A stretch of DNA of 64,000 nt from an uncultured Gemmatimonadales bacterium (GCA_963716255.1 OY970303.1:3840001-3904000), one strand, 5' to 3'; shown: positions 47,535-56,801, counted from the first letter of the stretch. The notes: a model not told the origin generated them from the letters alone. Program-made: numbers and translations.

Positions 47535-49206
47535 CCCGGATCCTGCACGGGAGTGGCGCCCCGGTGGATTTCGCCTCTCGCGAGCCGGCAGATGACGGCG
47601 GAGGCGGCGACCGAGCGAGCCGGGACGTTGCCGCCGCCCTCGCAAGAGGCTCTGCCGCGGCTGATTCCGGTCTGCCGGGCGCCGCAGGGCAAAGCGGCTC
47701 CACCACCGGGCCGATGGGCTCCGGTCTTCCTCGCCCTGCGTGCCTGCGCCAGAGACTCTCAGGCTGGCAGGGGCGGTCCCGTGCCGACCCGGCGCAGCGC
47801 CCGGAGCAGTTCTCGGCGCAGCGGCTCGGCCCGCTGGAGCTGCACGTACTGCTTGCGCGCGTGCGTGGTCAGCTTCGCCGGAAGGCGGAAGAGCCAGGCC
47901 CGCAGGCGCTTCGGCTGTGCCCGGCGCCAGCTTCCCGAGAGCGCCGTGGTGCGGAGGGTGTGGAGCATCTGATACGCCAGCGCACCCAGCGCCCAGAGCA
48001 GATGATTACCCCCCAGATCATCGACCGCCGTCTGCCCCACCGAGAGCTGTCCCAGCTCCTCGATCCGCTGCTCCACGAGCGCGCCCTGGTTGTAGAGCCG
48101 CCACGCCGAGAGGACGCTGATCCCCGCCACGTTGCTCAGCACGTGCGCCGTCTTCTCGACCTTGTAGCTCTCCAGCTCCAGCTCGCCTTCGGCGCCCCCG
48201 ATCTCGCGCCGCTGTTCCACCGTCAGCAGCCGCGCGCCGTAGATCGTGCCCGAGGCCGTCCAGAGCTTGGGGTCCTTCTGGGAGCGGCGAAAGGGCGAGA
48301 GGTGACGCCGCAGCCACTTCTGGTCGGGCACCTTGAGCACGTAGCCGACCCCGAGGGCCTCCAGCGCCTCGACCATCTTCCGGGAGAAGAACCCCTTGTC
48401 CAGACGCAGCGTGATCTGCTCGACCCCGGCCGCGCGGAGCTGCCCCACCAGGGCCTCGATCCAGGGGATCGCCCCGGCGGCGGTGTGGGCGCTGCCCGCT
48501 CGCCAGCGCACGCCCAGGCAGTCGCCCGTCTCGGCCAGGAAGGCCACCAGCGGGTGGTGACTGGGTCGGCCCTTCTTCGTGGGGTTGTAGCCCTTTTCGG
48601 CGCCCGCCTGCTTGAGCCCGTATCGCTGCACCACCGTGCTGTCCAGCACCAGCATCACCGAGCGCGGCACTGCGCTCCTCGCCCAACGGGCACGCACCAT
48701 CTGCCAGAGAACGGCGTCGAGCTGCCCCGCCAGGCGCTCCCCGCCGCGACGCAGCCAGCGCCCGTAGGTCGTTGGATCGGGCAGGCCCTTCCAGCCGAAG
48801 AGGCGGCGGATGCCGCGCCCGCCCAGCAGGCGCAGATCATCCATGCAGCCGCCGCCGTAGAGCAGCAGTACGATCCAGAGCTCCACCATCAGGCTCGGCC
48901 GGTAGGCGCCGCGCAGCCAGGCCGCTTCGGTGTCGAGCCTCTGCCCCAGCCCCAGTCGATCCCAGAGACGGCGAAGCAGCAGCAGGCCCGCTCCGTCCGT
49001 CAGCTCACCGGCCGAGTGCCGAAGCCGCAGCGGGGCCGCCCTGCCTTGCACGTGGGGTCGAGAAGCGATAGTCTGAACTCGCACCGTCTGGGTGCCTATG
49101 GTTGGGTGGAATACTTCTGCCAGGAAGTTCCCTCAACCTACGGCCCCAGGCGGTGTTCTGCATCCTACCCCTCCCTTTTCCTACCTTCACCCGTGCAGGA
49201 TCCGGG
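47535..49206 (-). mobile_element. IS1380-family insertion sequence (1672 bp)
   Basis: 17-bp perfect terminal IR CCCGGATCCTGCACGGG; 5-bp target duplication TTGAA (47530-47534 and 49207-49211). Confidence 0.93.
47759..49084 (-). CDS. IS1380-family DDE transposase
   Basis: LDST, GYNP..KGRPSHHPL, RLDKGF and YNQGALVEQRIEE motifs. Confidence 0.92.
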   Translation of the reverse strand: MRVQTIASRPHVQGRAAPLRLRHSAGELTDGAGLLLLRRLWDRLGLGQRLDTEAAWLRGAYRPSLMVELWIVLLLYGGGCMDDLRLLGGRGIRRLFGWKGLPDPTTYGRWLRRGGERLAGQLDAVLWQMVRARWARSAVPRSVMLVLDSTVVQRYGLKQAGAEKGYNPTKKGRPSHHPLVAFLAETGDCLGVRWRAGSAHTAAGAIPWIEALVGQLRAAGVEQITLRLDKGFFSRKMVEALEALGVGYVLKVPDQKWLRRHLSPFRRSQKDPKLWTASGTIYGARLLTVEQRREIGGAEGELELESYKVEKTAHVLSNVAGISVLSAWRLYNQGALVEQRIEELGQLSVGQTAVDDLGGNHLLWALGALAYQMLHTLRTTALSGSWRRAQPKRLRAWLFRLPAKLTTHARKQYVQLQRAEPLRRELLRALRRVGTGPPLPA

Positions 49207-49677
49207 TTGAAAATCTTTCGCACGACCTTCGGGGTCTCCAGGCGGATTTTGTCCGGAAGACCCTAGCTCGCGTACCTTGTTTATGGAGGGTCCATGTTGA
49301 AAGGGACTTTACTAAAGGAGTTCGATACCGAGTCTCCTTGGCGGCTTCCTCCGAGCGGCCTAAACAACGAGGTGGAGCGGTTGGCACCAACTCTCAAATC
49401 CGGGCTCTGTGAGCCGCAACCCGGTCCGACCCCATGCCAACGTCGTGCTTCTGATGGAGTGACGCTCTATCCGGATCGCTGTCCGATCCGAGAAGGTCGA
49501 AAGGATGAGATGGGGAGGGTCACGAGCCTGGGCGAACTCGTGCGACTTCATTCTACGATCAGACTGCCACGGAGTTTGGAACACCATAACAAACCGTTTC
49601 CCCGCACAGTATGGGGTCGGTAATGGCTCGCCCATACCCTTTTCTAGCGAATCTGGAGGCTGATATGACCTACAACG

Positions 49678-50067
49678 ATGGAAAAACTTGAAGGATTCCA
49701 AATCCCTTCGGGTCTCGACTCCTGGCTAATCGACTTCGTTCGATCCACCCTTGGTGAAACCGAGATCCTCCGACGGAACGGGGCAGAGACCCAGGCCGTC
49801 GCTCGGGACGTGGTGGTGCAGGACTTCCTCCGCAGGGCCCGGGGATGGGCGGATGCGGAAATCAGCATCGGGGAGGCCGCCGCTACCCTTGGGAAGTGTG
49901 AAGAGACGGTGCGGCGTGCCGTCCGAGGTGGGGAACTGTCGGACCTTCGGACAACTCCGCGTGGACATATCCGTGTCCGCCGTGGGGAGGTCGTCGCCCA
50001 TAGGAACAAGGCTTACGATCCGGTTGCCGATGCCCAGGACATTGCCAAGCTTCGGAGGCTCAAGTGA
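49678..50067 (+). CDS. Excisionase-like HTH protein
   Basis: ISIGEAAATLGKCEETVRRAVRGGEL; GTGA-coupled to the integrase. Confidence 0.75.
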   Translation: MEKLEGFQIPSGLDSWLIDFVRSTLGETEILRRNGAETQAVARDVVVQDFLRRARGWADAEISIGEAAATLGKCEETVRRAVRGGELSDLRTTPRGHIRVRRGEVVAHRNKAYDPVADAQDIAKLRRLK

Positions 50068-51230
50068 GCAGCAAGCCCAAGCTCTGGTCGAAGTCTTTCG
50101 GCACCAGGGGGAACCGGGTGCGGGTGTACGAGCCCCGCCCCGGCGCTCCCCTCATGCGGTCCATCTTCATCAACGGAAAGGAGGATCGGAAGGGGCTCGG
50201 CCACCGAGACAAGAAGTTGGCTGAGCAGCAGGCCTACGAGCTTCTAGCGCAGCTCGTAGCCGACGAGGAGGCGGTGGAGAAGGGGACGCTAACCCTCGCG
50301 CAGTTGCAGCGGCTCTACGTCGAAAGTCTAGCGTTCGGGGACAAGAAGGACCGGACCCGGAAGGAAGACGCACAACGGCTAGAGCGGGTGGTGCGGTTCC
50401 TGGGCCCTGGGCGGGAAGTTGAAACGCTGACCGAATCCGATGTGCGCCGGTTCACGGCGGCACGACGGAAGGGGGACCGGAGCCTTTACGGGGTGCAGCC
50501 AGGTACGCCGGTGCGGGATCGTTCGGTTGAGGCGGATCTAGTTGCCCTCCATACCATGCTGAACTGGGGAGCCAAGGAGCGGGACCGCAACGGGAGACGG
50601 TACTTGCCGGAAAACCCGCTCCGGGGCATCGCCATCCCGCGAGAGAAGAACCCGGTGCGTCCGCTGGTGATGCACGACGAGTTCCTTGCGCTGCTCGCGG
50701 TCGCGGACGGGGTTAGCCCGCTCCTCAAGTTGGCGTTGGTGGTGGCGGAAGGGACAGGACGGCGGCTCTCCGCAATCCGTCTGCTCCGGTGGTCTGACGT
50801 GAACTTGGACGCGGGGACGATCCACTGGCGGGCGGAGAACGACAAGAAGGGGTTTGACTCCGTCGTTCCCGTCTCCGGTCCGGTCCGGGAGGCGCTTGTG
50901 GAAGCCAGGCGGGAGCGGCCCGCGATTGGGGACGCATGGGTTTTCCCTTCTCCCACGGATGCCGTCAGGCCGTGCCGCCCGGAGCTCCTGGACGATTGGC
51001 TGCGCCGTGCATATGGGCTTGCGGGGCTGGAGCCCAGGCCGGGCGGGATGTGGCACTGCTTCCGGCGGAAGTGGGCCACGGAGCGCAAGGGGCTGTCTCC
51101 GGTGGACGTGGCGGCGGCGGGGGGCTGGAAGAACCCGAACACGCCCGTCCGGATCTACCAGCAGTCGGACAAAGCCACGCTGCAAACCGTGGTCGCCAAC
51201 CCGTCCCACCGGCTCGCAAGCGGGGGCTGA
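50064..51230 (+). CDS. Tyrosine recombinase / integrase
   Basis: TGRRLSAI.LRWSD, HCFRR and GGW...IY catalytic motifs; adjacent to the tRNA. Confidence 0.93.
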   Translation: MSSKPKLWSKSFGTRGNRVRVYEPRPGAPLMRSIFINGKEDRKGLGHRDKKLAEQQAYELLAQLVADEEAVEKGTLTLAQLQRLYVESLAFGDKKDRTRKEDAQRLERVVRFLGPGREVETLTESDVRRFTAARRKGDRSLYGVQPGTPVRDRSVEADLVALHTMLNWGAKERDRNGRRYLPENPLRGIAIPREKNPVRPLVMHDEFLALLAVADGVSPLLKLALVVAEGTGRRLSAIRLLRWSDVNLDAGTIHWRAENDKKGFDSVVPVSGPVREALVEARRERPAIGDAWVFPSPTDAVRPCRPELLDDWLRRAYGLAGLEPRPGGMWHCFRRKWATERKGLSPVDVAAAGGWKNPNTPVRIYQQSDKATLQTVVANPSHRLASGG

Positions 51231-51269
51231 TGGGGAAACTCGCAACACAGCTCACAACAGCAACGCAGG

Positions 51270-51310
51270 AAAGCAGAAAGGCCCCGCACCGTAAAACGAT
51301 GCAGGGCCTT
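51270..51310 (-). terminator. Terminator-like hairpin 3' of tRNA-Asn
   Basis: AAGGCCCTGCATCGT/ACGGTGCGGGGCCTT stem followed by TCTGCTTT on the minus strand. Confidence 0.6.
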
Positions 51311-51322
51311 CGCTTACCGTAG

Positions 51323-51396
51323 CGCCCACTCCAGGACTCGAACCTGGGACCCTCTGATTAACAGTCAGATGCTCTAACCAACTGAGCTAAGTGGGC
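51323..51396 (-). tRNA. tRNA-Asn (GTT), CCA not encoded
   Basis: Cloverleaf: acceptor GCCCACT/AGTGGGC, anticodon arm TCTGA-CTGTTAA-TCAGA, T-loop TTCGAGT. Confidence 0.97.
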
Positions 51397-51698
51397 GGGT
51401 CTCCCTCGCAGGAAGACCGAACGATAACCCATTTCGCCGGCGGCTGTCAATCCCCGAGCGGACACGAAATCTTTGCGCGATCCGGAAACGGGCGGCGCCG
51501 TGGAACCTCAAGCGGCCCATGGGGTTCATGCATTCTCCCCTGCCGCCGCGCGACGTCCCGCACCCCGCTCCGCCCGGAGCCGTGGGGGAACGGATCGTGC
51601 TCCTCGCGGCGGAGAGAACGGGGGGCGCTCGCGCCCCGCCCGTCACCGGCCGGGAAGGTTCCGGCCGCCGAAGTGCCGCGGTTCCCGAAGGGTCATCG

Positions 51699-54140
51699 AT
51701 GAAGCTACACCCGTCCGTCCCCGCCGCTGCCGGCCTGGCGGGGCTCGCACTGGGCCTCGCCCTGAGCACCTCGTGGTCCGCCGCCGAGGTGCGGGAAGTC
51801 GCGTCCGGGCTGACCTCCGTGCCGGGGATGGAGGCGCTGGACCCGGTGGACGCCCTGCCGCGCACCCGCCTGGTGGTGGCCATGGAGGAGGCGCGATCCG
51901 CTCTCGCCGCGGGCCGCCCCTGGAGGGCGTGGAAGGAGCTGGCCGACCACGTGGACGAGCCGGCGGGGGCGCCGCCTCCCGCGGTGCTTCTGGCGGCCCG
52001 GGCGGCCGCGGGGTGGGGCGGCTGGGGCGAGGTCCGCCGCCTCCTGGAGGGACGGGAGTGGCTGGCCCGCGCCGAGGCCGGCGAGGGATGGCTGCTGCTG
52101 GGGCGCGGGTACGAGGAGGCCGGGCGCCTGGACGAGGCCGCGGACGCGTACCGTCGGTATGCCGCCGTGCCGGGCGCCCGCTCGCGCGCGGAGGCGCTCG
52201 CGCGGAGGGGCAGCGTGCTGCGCGCCGCCGGGCGGCATGCCGAGTCCGCCGCCGCGTTCGGCGCCGCCGCCGAGCGGACCCCGGCGCTCCGCGACTGGCT
52301 GCGCGCGCTCCAGGCCGAAGCCCTCGCGCGCGTCGGGAGCCCCCGGGTGGTGGCGGTCGCCTCCGCCGCGTCGGGGAGCTCCGGCGCCGTGCGGGCCCGC
52401 CTGGCCCGCGCCGAGGCGTCGTACTGGACGGCGGCGGGCGACACCGCCCGCGCGCTGGAGCGGCTGGAGCGCGAGACCCTCGCGCTCGCCGGGCTGGGCG
52501 AGCGCGCCGACGCGGCCTCGCTGTCGCTGGACCGCGCCCGGCTCCTGGCCCGCCTGGGCCGCGCCGGCGAGGCGCGCGAGCTGCTCCGCGCCGTGGCCGC
52601 CGATTCCGCCGCCGCCGCCGAGGTCCGCCTCCAGGCGGCGCGCCTCCTGGGCGACGTCGCCGGGTCGCTTTCCGCCGCCGAGGAGACCGCCCGCGCCGCC
52701 GCCTTCGAAGCCGCCGGCAGACCCGGGCTCGCGGCCCGCTCCATCCGCCTGTCCATCGCGGCCGGCGCGCCGGACGACCCGGAGCTGCGGCTGCGCCAGG
52801 GGAAGCTGCTCTGGGAAGAGCGCGACTTCGGTCCGGCGCGCACGACCCTCCAGGACGCCGCCGCGCGGCTGGCGGACCCCGCGCGCGCCGCCGAGGCCGA
52901 GGTGTACGCCGCCCGCGCGCTGCTGCGCATGGACCCGGGCGCGGGGCTGGCCGCGCTGCGCCGCGTCGCCGAGACCCGCGCCGGCACCCCGGCGGCGGGT
53001 GTCGCACTGTTCGTGCTGGGCGACCAGTCCGGCAACCGCGCGCAGGCCATCTCCTACTACCGCCAGTCCGCCTCCGTGGGCGGCTCGCCCGAGGCGCGCG
53101 AGGCGCTCTTCCGGGTGGGCGACCGCAGCCTCAAGGCCGGCGACCCCGCCGCCGCGGCCCGCGCCTGGGAGGAGTTGGTGGGGCGCTACCCGCACGGGGA
53201 CGATGCCGCCCGCGCCGCCTACGGCGCCGGGGTGATCCACGAGCGCGCCGGGCGCGAGGCTGCCGCGCGGGCCATGTATACCGCCGCCATGGCCGCCGAG
53301 CCGGCCTCGTACCACGCTGTGCGCGCCGGCGAGCGCCTGGGCGCCGACCCGCTGGCCCGCACCCTCGCCGCCCCGCAGCCGTGGGTGGGGCTCGCCTCCG
53401 ACGCTTCCGACGCGGCGATGGTGCTCCGCCGCCTGCAGCTGCTGGAGGATGCCGGGCTGGAGGCGGAGTGGCGCGAGGAGCTGGACGCCGCGCAGCGCCG
53501 CTACGACCGGCGCCCCGTGGCGCTGCTTTCCCTGGCCGAGGGGGTCCGAGACCGGGGCCACACGGTCGAGGCCATCCGCATGGGGCGGCGGCTGCTGGAA
53601 GCGCGGGGCGGGCGCTGGGACCGGCGTCTGCTGCGGGTGGTGTTCCCCTACCCGTACCGCGAGATCCTGGAGGACGAGGCGGAGGACGCCGGCGTCGACC
53701 CCGCGCTCCTCGCCGGGCTGGTGCGGCAGGAATCCTCGTTCGACCCGGTGGCGCGCTCCCGGGTGGGCGCCCGCGGGCTGGGGCAGATCATGCCCTCCAC
53801 CGCCCGCTGGCTGGCCCCCGCCGCCGGGGTGCGCGTGTTCCGCGAGTCGCTGCTGGAAGTGCCCGAGGTCAACCTGGCGATGGGCGCCCGCTACCTGCGC
53901 GACCAGCTGCACCGCTACGACGGCGCGCACGACCTGGCGCTCGCGGCCTACAACGCCGGCCCCTCCCGCGCCGACCGCTGGCGCCGCGAGCTGGGCTACG
54001 GCGGCGACGTGGACCGCTTCCGCGAGCGCATCCCCTTCGACGAGACCCGCGAGTACGTGCAGGTGGTGCTCCGCAACGCCGCGGTGTATCGCCGCCTGTA
54101 CGGGGCGGAGCGCTCCGCCGGGCTGCTGGGCGGGGACTGA
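51699..54140 (+). CDS. slt: Slt70-like lytic transglycosylase with TPR-like helical repeats
   Basis: RQESSF, GARGLGQIMP, AAYNAG and ETREYV motifs; signal peptide. Confidence 0.9.
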   Translation: MKLHPSVPAAAGLAGLALGLALSTSWSAAEVREVASGLTSVPGMEALDPVDALPRTRLVVAMEEARSALAAGRPWRAWKELADHVDEPAGAPPPAVLLAARAAAGWGGWGEVRRLLEGREWLARAEAGEGWLLLGRGYEEAGRLDEAADAYRRYAAVPGARSRAEALARRGSVLRAAGRHAESAAAFGAAAERTPALRDWLRALQAEALARVGSPRVVAVASAASGSSGAVRARLARAEASYWTAAGDTARALERLERETLALAGLGERADAASLSLDRARLLARLGRAGEARELLRAVAADSAAAAEVRLQAARLLGDVAGSLSAAEETARAAAFEAAGRPGLAARSIRLSIAAGAPDDPELRLRQGKLLWEERDFGPARTTLQDAAARLADPARAAEAEVYAARALLRMDPGAGLAALRRVAETRAGTPAAGVALFVLGDQSGNRAQAISYYRQSASVGGSPEAREALFRVGDRSLKAGDPAAAARAWEELVGRYPHGDDAARAAYGAGVIHERAGREAAARAMYTAAMAAEPASYHAVRAGERLGADPLARTLAAPQPWVGLASDASDAAMVLRRLQLLEDAGLEAEWREELDAAQRRYDRRPVALLSLAEGVRDRGHTVEAIRMGRRLLEARGGRWDRRLLRVVFPYPYREILEDEAEDAGVDPALLAGLVRQESSFDPVARSRVGARGLGQIMPSTARWLAPAAGVRVFRESLLEVPEVNLAMGARYLRDQLHRYDGAHDLALAAYNAGPSRADRWRRELGYGGDVDRFRERIPFDETREYVQVVLRNAAVYRRLYGAERSAGLLGGD

Positions 54141-54312
54141 CCCGCCCGGCACCCGGAACGGGGGCGGCCCGGGTCGGTTGACCGGACCGCCCCGCGGTTG
54201 TAAACTGGCCTTCAACCCTTCCGCTCCAGCGACGCACCGGCCCGGGAGGGTCGGACCCGGAGCGCTCCCGTGGCGGGGGCGCCCGGAGCCACGCACGCGG
54301 CACCGTCCCATC

Positions 54313-55104
54313 ATGCGACTCCACCCCATCCTCCTCGCGCTCCCGCTGCTCGCGGGCGCCGCGCTCCACGCGCTCCCCGCGGAGGCGCAGACGCTGCGCG
54401 GCTCCCGCGCCACCGTGGACCGCACCTACCGCAAGGCCCACGACCACGACCTCACCTTCTTCCGCAACGCCACCGGCGTGCGGTCGGCGGTGAACCGGGG
54501 GGACCTGGTGCGGCTCAAGGGCAACGCCGACTTCCGCATCCACCAGGTCACCTACCCGTACGTCCTCCCCACCACCGTCACCTTCGTGCGGCGGCTGGGA
54601 GAGCAGTACCACGACTACTGCGGGGAGAAGATGGTGGTGACCAGCGCCGTGCGCCCCCGCTCGTTCCGGCTCATCAACAGCGTGGACAAGTCGGTGCATC
54701 CCACGGGCATGGCCATCGACATCCGCAAGCCCACGCGGGCCCGGTGCGCCGGGTGGCTCCGGGAGACGCTGCTGTCGCTGGAGGGGAACGGGGTGCTGGA
54801 CGCCACCGAGGAGCGCAACCCGCCGCACTTCCACGTGGCCATCTTCCCGGAGCCGTACCGTGCGTACGTGGCCCGGTCGCGGTCGGGCGGGTCGTCGGGG
54901 GCGGAGGAGAAGCCGGAGCCGGCCCGGCGCTCGTCGGCCGCGCGGAGCAGCGAGCCCAAGACGCACCGGGTGAAGCGGGGGGACACCCTGTCCGGGATCG
55001 CCGAGCGGAACGGGACCACGGTCGCGCGGATCAAGGAGGCGAACTCGCTGCGGTCGTCCCGGATCCAGCCGGGGCAGGTGCTGCGCATTCCGTCCAGTCG
55101 CTGA
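54313..55104 (+). CDS. DUF5715-like (M15-type Zn peptidase fold) protein with a C-terminal LysM
   Basis: VTSAVR, SVHPTGMAIDI and HFHV motifs; LysM HRVKRGDTLSGIA. Confidence 0.8.
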   Translation: MRLHPILLALPLLAGAALHALPAEAQTLRGSRATVDRTYRKAHDHDLTFFRNATGVRSAVNRGDLVRLKGNADFRIHQVTYPYVLPTTVTFVRRLGEQYHDYCGEKMVVTSAVRPRSFRLINSVDKSVHPTGMAIDIRKPTRARCAGWLRETLLSLEGNGVLDATEERNPPHFHVAIFPEPYRAYVARSRSGGSSGAEEKPEPARRSSAARSSEPKTHRVKRGDTLSGIAERNGTTVARIKEANSLRSSRIQPGQVLRIPSSR

Positions 55105-55139
55105 TTGGTACGGACTGCAAAAAGCTTTACGACAGGCTT

Positions 55140-55272
55140 GGGCGTGCCCCCGGCTGGCGCCGGGGTCGGGCTTCGGCTCCGTAACGCACGAAACAACCGT
55201 GCGTAACGGAGTCGAGACCCGGCGGAAACAGCCCCGCCGGGTCTCGCCCCTTCGGGCCGAAATCCCTCACGC
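55140..55272 (+). repeat. Full copy of the structured repeat
   Basis: Same ends as the other copies; extended hairpin GAGACCCGGCGG/CCGCCGGGTCTC. Confidence 0.92.
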
Positions 55273-55327
55273 GGGTCTCGCGCTGGCGCCCGTCGGCGCC
55301 CCCGCCCGGCTCGCCTGAGGCTCGCCG

Positions 55328-55359
55328 CCCTCCCCCGTCCCGGGGGAGGGATTTTTTTT
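55328..55359 (+). terminator. Rho-independent terminator
   Basis: CCCTCCCCCG-TCC-CGGGGGAGGG followed by A and T8. Confidence 0.75.
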
Positions 55360-55554
55360 GTGCCCTGCCGTCGTCCTTCTCCCCTCCCCCTTGCGGGGAG
55401 GGGCCGGGGGAGGGGGTCGCCGTCGCCGTCCCCCGCCGCCGGCCCGGTTCTGTCCCCGGCCGGTGACACGGCCGCCATCTTCCGCCGACACTTGTTTTTC
55501 GTCAAGTGATTGCGGTGTAATTCGTTGGGCTGCTGGTGCGGCGGCAGCGCGGGG

Positions 55555-55570
55555 TGGCCCCGGCGTTGCC
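55555..55570 (+). promoter_or_regulatory. Candidate sigma54 promoter TGGCCCCGGCGTTGCC
   Basis: TGGC-N7-TTGC; TGTC-N10-GACA site at 55451-55468, 86 nt upstream. Confidence 0.6.
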
Positions 55571-55617
55571 TTTGGAGGAGCCGTTCCCGAGAGGTTCCAG
55601 CAGCAAGGAGTCATGTC

Positions 55618-56280
55618 ATGAAAACGATGGTGCGGAGCATGGTGCGGATCGCCCTGGGGGTGGTCCTGGTGGCGGGCGCCGCGTGCGCCCCGGGGATGAT
55701 GGGCGAGGTCCTCGGCGACGTGGTGTATCCGGGGGGAGGCGCGTACGGCAGCGACCTGCGCGGCGAGGTGCGCAGCGTGGACACCCGCAGCCGGCGCATC
55801 GAGGTGCGCGGCCGCGACGGGCGCGGGGTGACGGCGTACTACGACGGGCGGACGCGCGTGGAGTACCGCGGGCGGGGGTACGGGGTGTCGTCGCTGCAGC
55901 GCGGCGACGAGGTGTCCATGCGGCTGCGGCGCGACCGCGGGCGATACCTGTACGCCGACCACATCTACGTCACCGAGAGCGTACGCGACCGCGGTGGCTG
56001 GGGGCGAGACGACCGCGGCCGCGACCGGGGCCGCGACGACCGCGGCCGGGACGCCTGGCGCGAGTCGGGGCGGCTGTACGGCACCGTGAACAGCGTCGAC
56101 GAGCGCCGCTGGCGCTTCGAGGTGCGCGGCGACCGCGGCGAGCGGGTATGGGTGAGCGTGCCCAGCGACCTCGCCCGCGGCACCACGGACCGCTTCCGCC
56201 GGCTGCGGCGCGGCGAGCGGGTGGACCTTTCGGTGCGGCCGCTCTCCGACGACCGCGCGGAGCTGCGCCGCTTCCGCTGA
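55618..56280 (+). CDS. Putative lipoprotein with two repeated small beta-barrel-like domains
   Basis: AAGGAG RBS, GAAC lipobox, duplicated G.V.SVD...EVRG...L.RG..V motif. Confidence 0.75.
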   Translation: MKTMVRSMVRIALGVVLVAGAACAPGMMGEVLGDVVYPGGGAYGSDLRGEVRSVDTRSRRIEVRGRDGRGVTAYYDGRTRVEYRGRGYGVSSLQRGDEVSMRLRRDRGRYLYADHIYVTESVRDRGGWGRDDRGRDRGRDDRGRDAWRESGRLYGTVNSVDERRWRFEVRGDRGERVWVSVPSDLARGTTDRFRRLRRGERVDLSVRPLSDDRAELRRFR

Positions 56281-56315
56281 GCCGTCCACGGACACGCCAG
56301 GGAGCAGGGCGGGTG

Positions 56316-56331
56316 GGGCACGCTACGTGCG
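56316..56331 (+). promoter_or_regulatory. Candidate sigma54 promoter GGGCACGCTACGTGCG
   Basis: GGCACG-N4-GTGC, 44 nt before the ATG. Confidence 0.55.
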
Positions 56332-56375
56332 GCGCCTCCACCCGCTCGACCATTCCCCAGACAGGAGGCACGTAG

Positions 56376-56777
56376 ATGAACCGTACAGTCCGGCCGGCTC
56401 GGTGGGTCCTGCTCGCCCTGCTGGTCCTTTCCGCCCCCGCCTGTCTCGCCGCCGCGGCCGCCGCGGGCGCGGGCGGGGCCATCGCGTGGACCCAGCGGGG
56501 CGCCTCGTCCGCGGTGCCGGGCTCCGTGGACCAGGTGTACCAGCGCGCCGAGGCCGTCTTCCGCGACATGGGGATCACCGTGACCGGGCAGAGCTCCGGC
56601 GACCAGGGCGCGGAGCGCTCCCTCAAGGGCACCCGCGAGGACATGGAAGTCACCGTGGAGATCGAGCGCGAGTCCGCCTCCACCGCCAAGGTGGAGGTGT
56701 ACGCGCGCAAGAACACCGTGGAGTTCGACCGGAGCTACGCGCGCGACGTGCTGACGCGGATCGTCAACCGGAGCTGA
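56376..56777 (+). CDS. DUF3568-like lipoprotein
   Basis: AGGAGG RBS; Cys followed by AAAAAGAGG. Confidence 0.75.
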   Translation: MNRTVRPARWVLLALLVLSAPACLAAAAAAGAGGAIAWTQRGASSAVPGSVDQVYQRAEAVFRDMGITVTGQSSGDQGAERSLKGTREDMEVTVEIERESASTAKVEVYARKNTVEFDRSYARDVLTRIVNRS

Positions 56778-56801
56778 GCGGCGGTGCCGAGCAGGTGACG
56801 A

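Larger units (their letters stand above)
40901..51366. mobile_element. Integrative island B (~10.4 kb) in tRNA-Asn
   Basis: 46-bp flanking direct repeats, integrase and excisionase next to the tRNA, visibly lower GC cargo. Confidence 0.92.

Noticed and set aside
40901..51366. Prophage, phage satellite or ICE
   Set aside because: No capsid, terminase, primase, relaxase or T4SS genes recognisable
11546..55272. CRISPR array or classical MITE interpretation of the 128-nt repeats
   Set aside because: Copies are dispersed with no spacers or cas genes; no long terminal IR or target duplication seen
55985..56052. Short tandem repeat (GACCGCGGCC-like)
   Set aside because: Encodes a low-complexity RGRDD linker within a CDS
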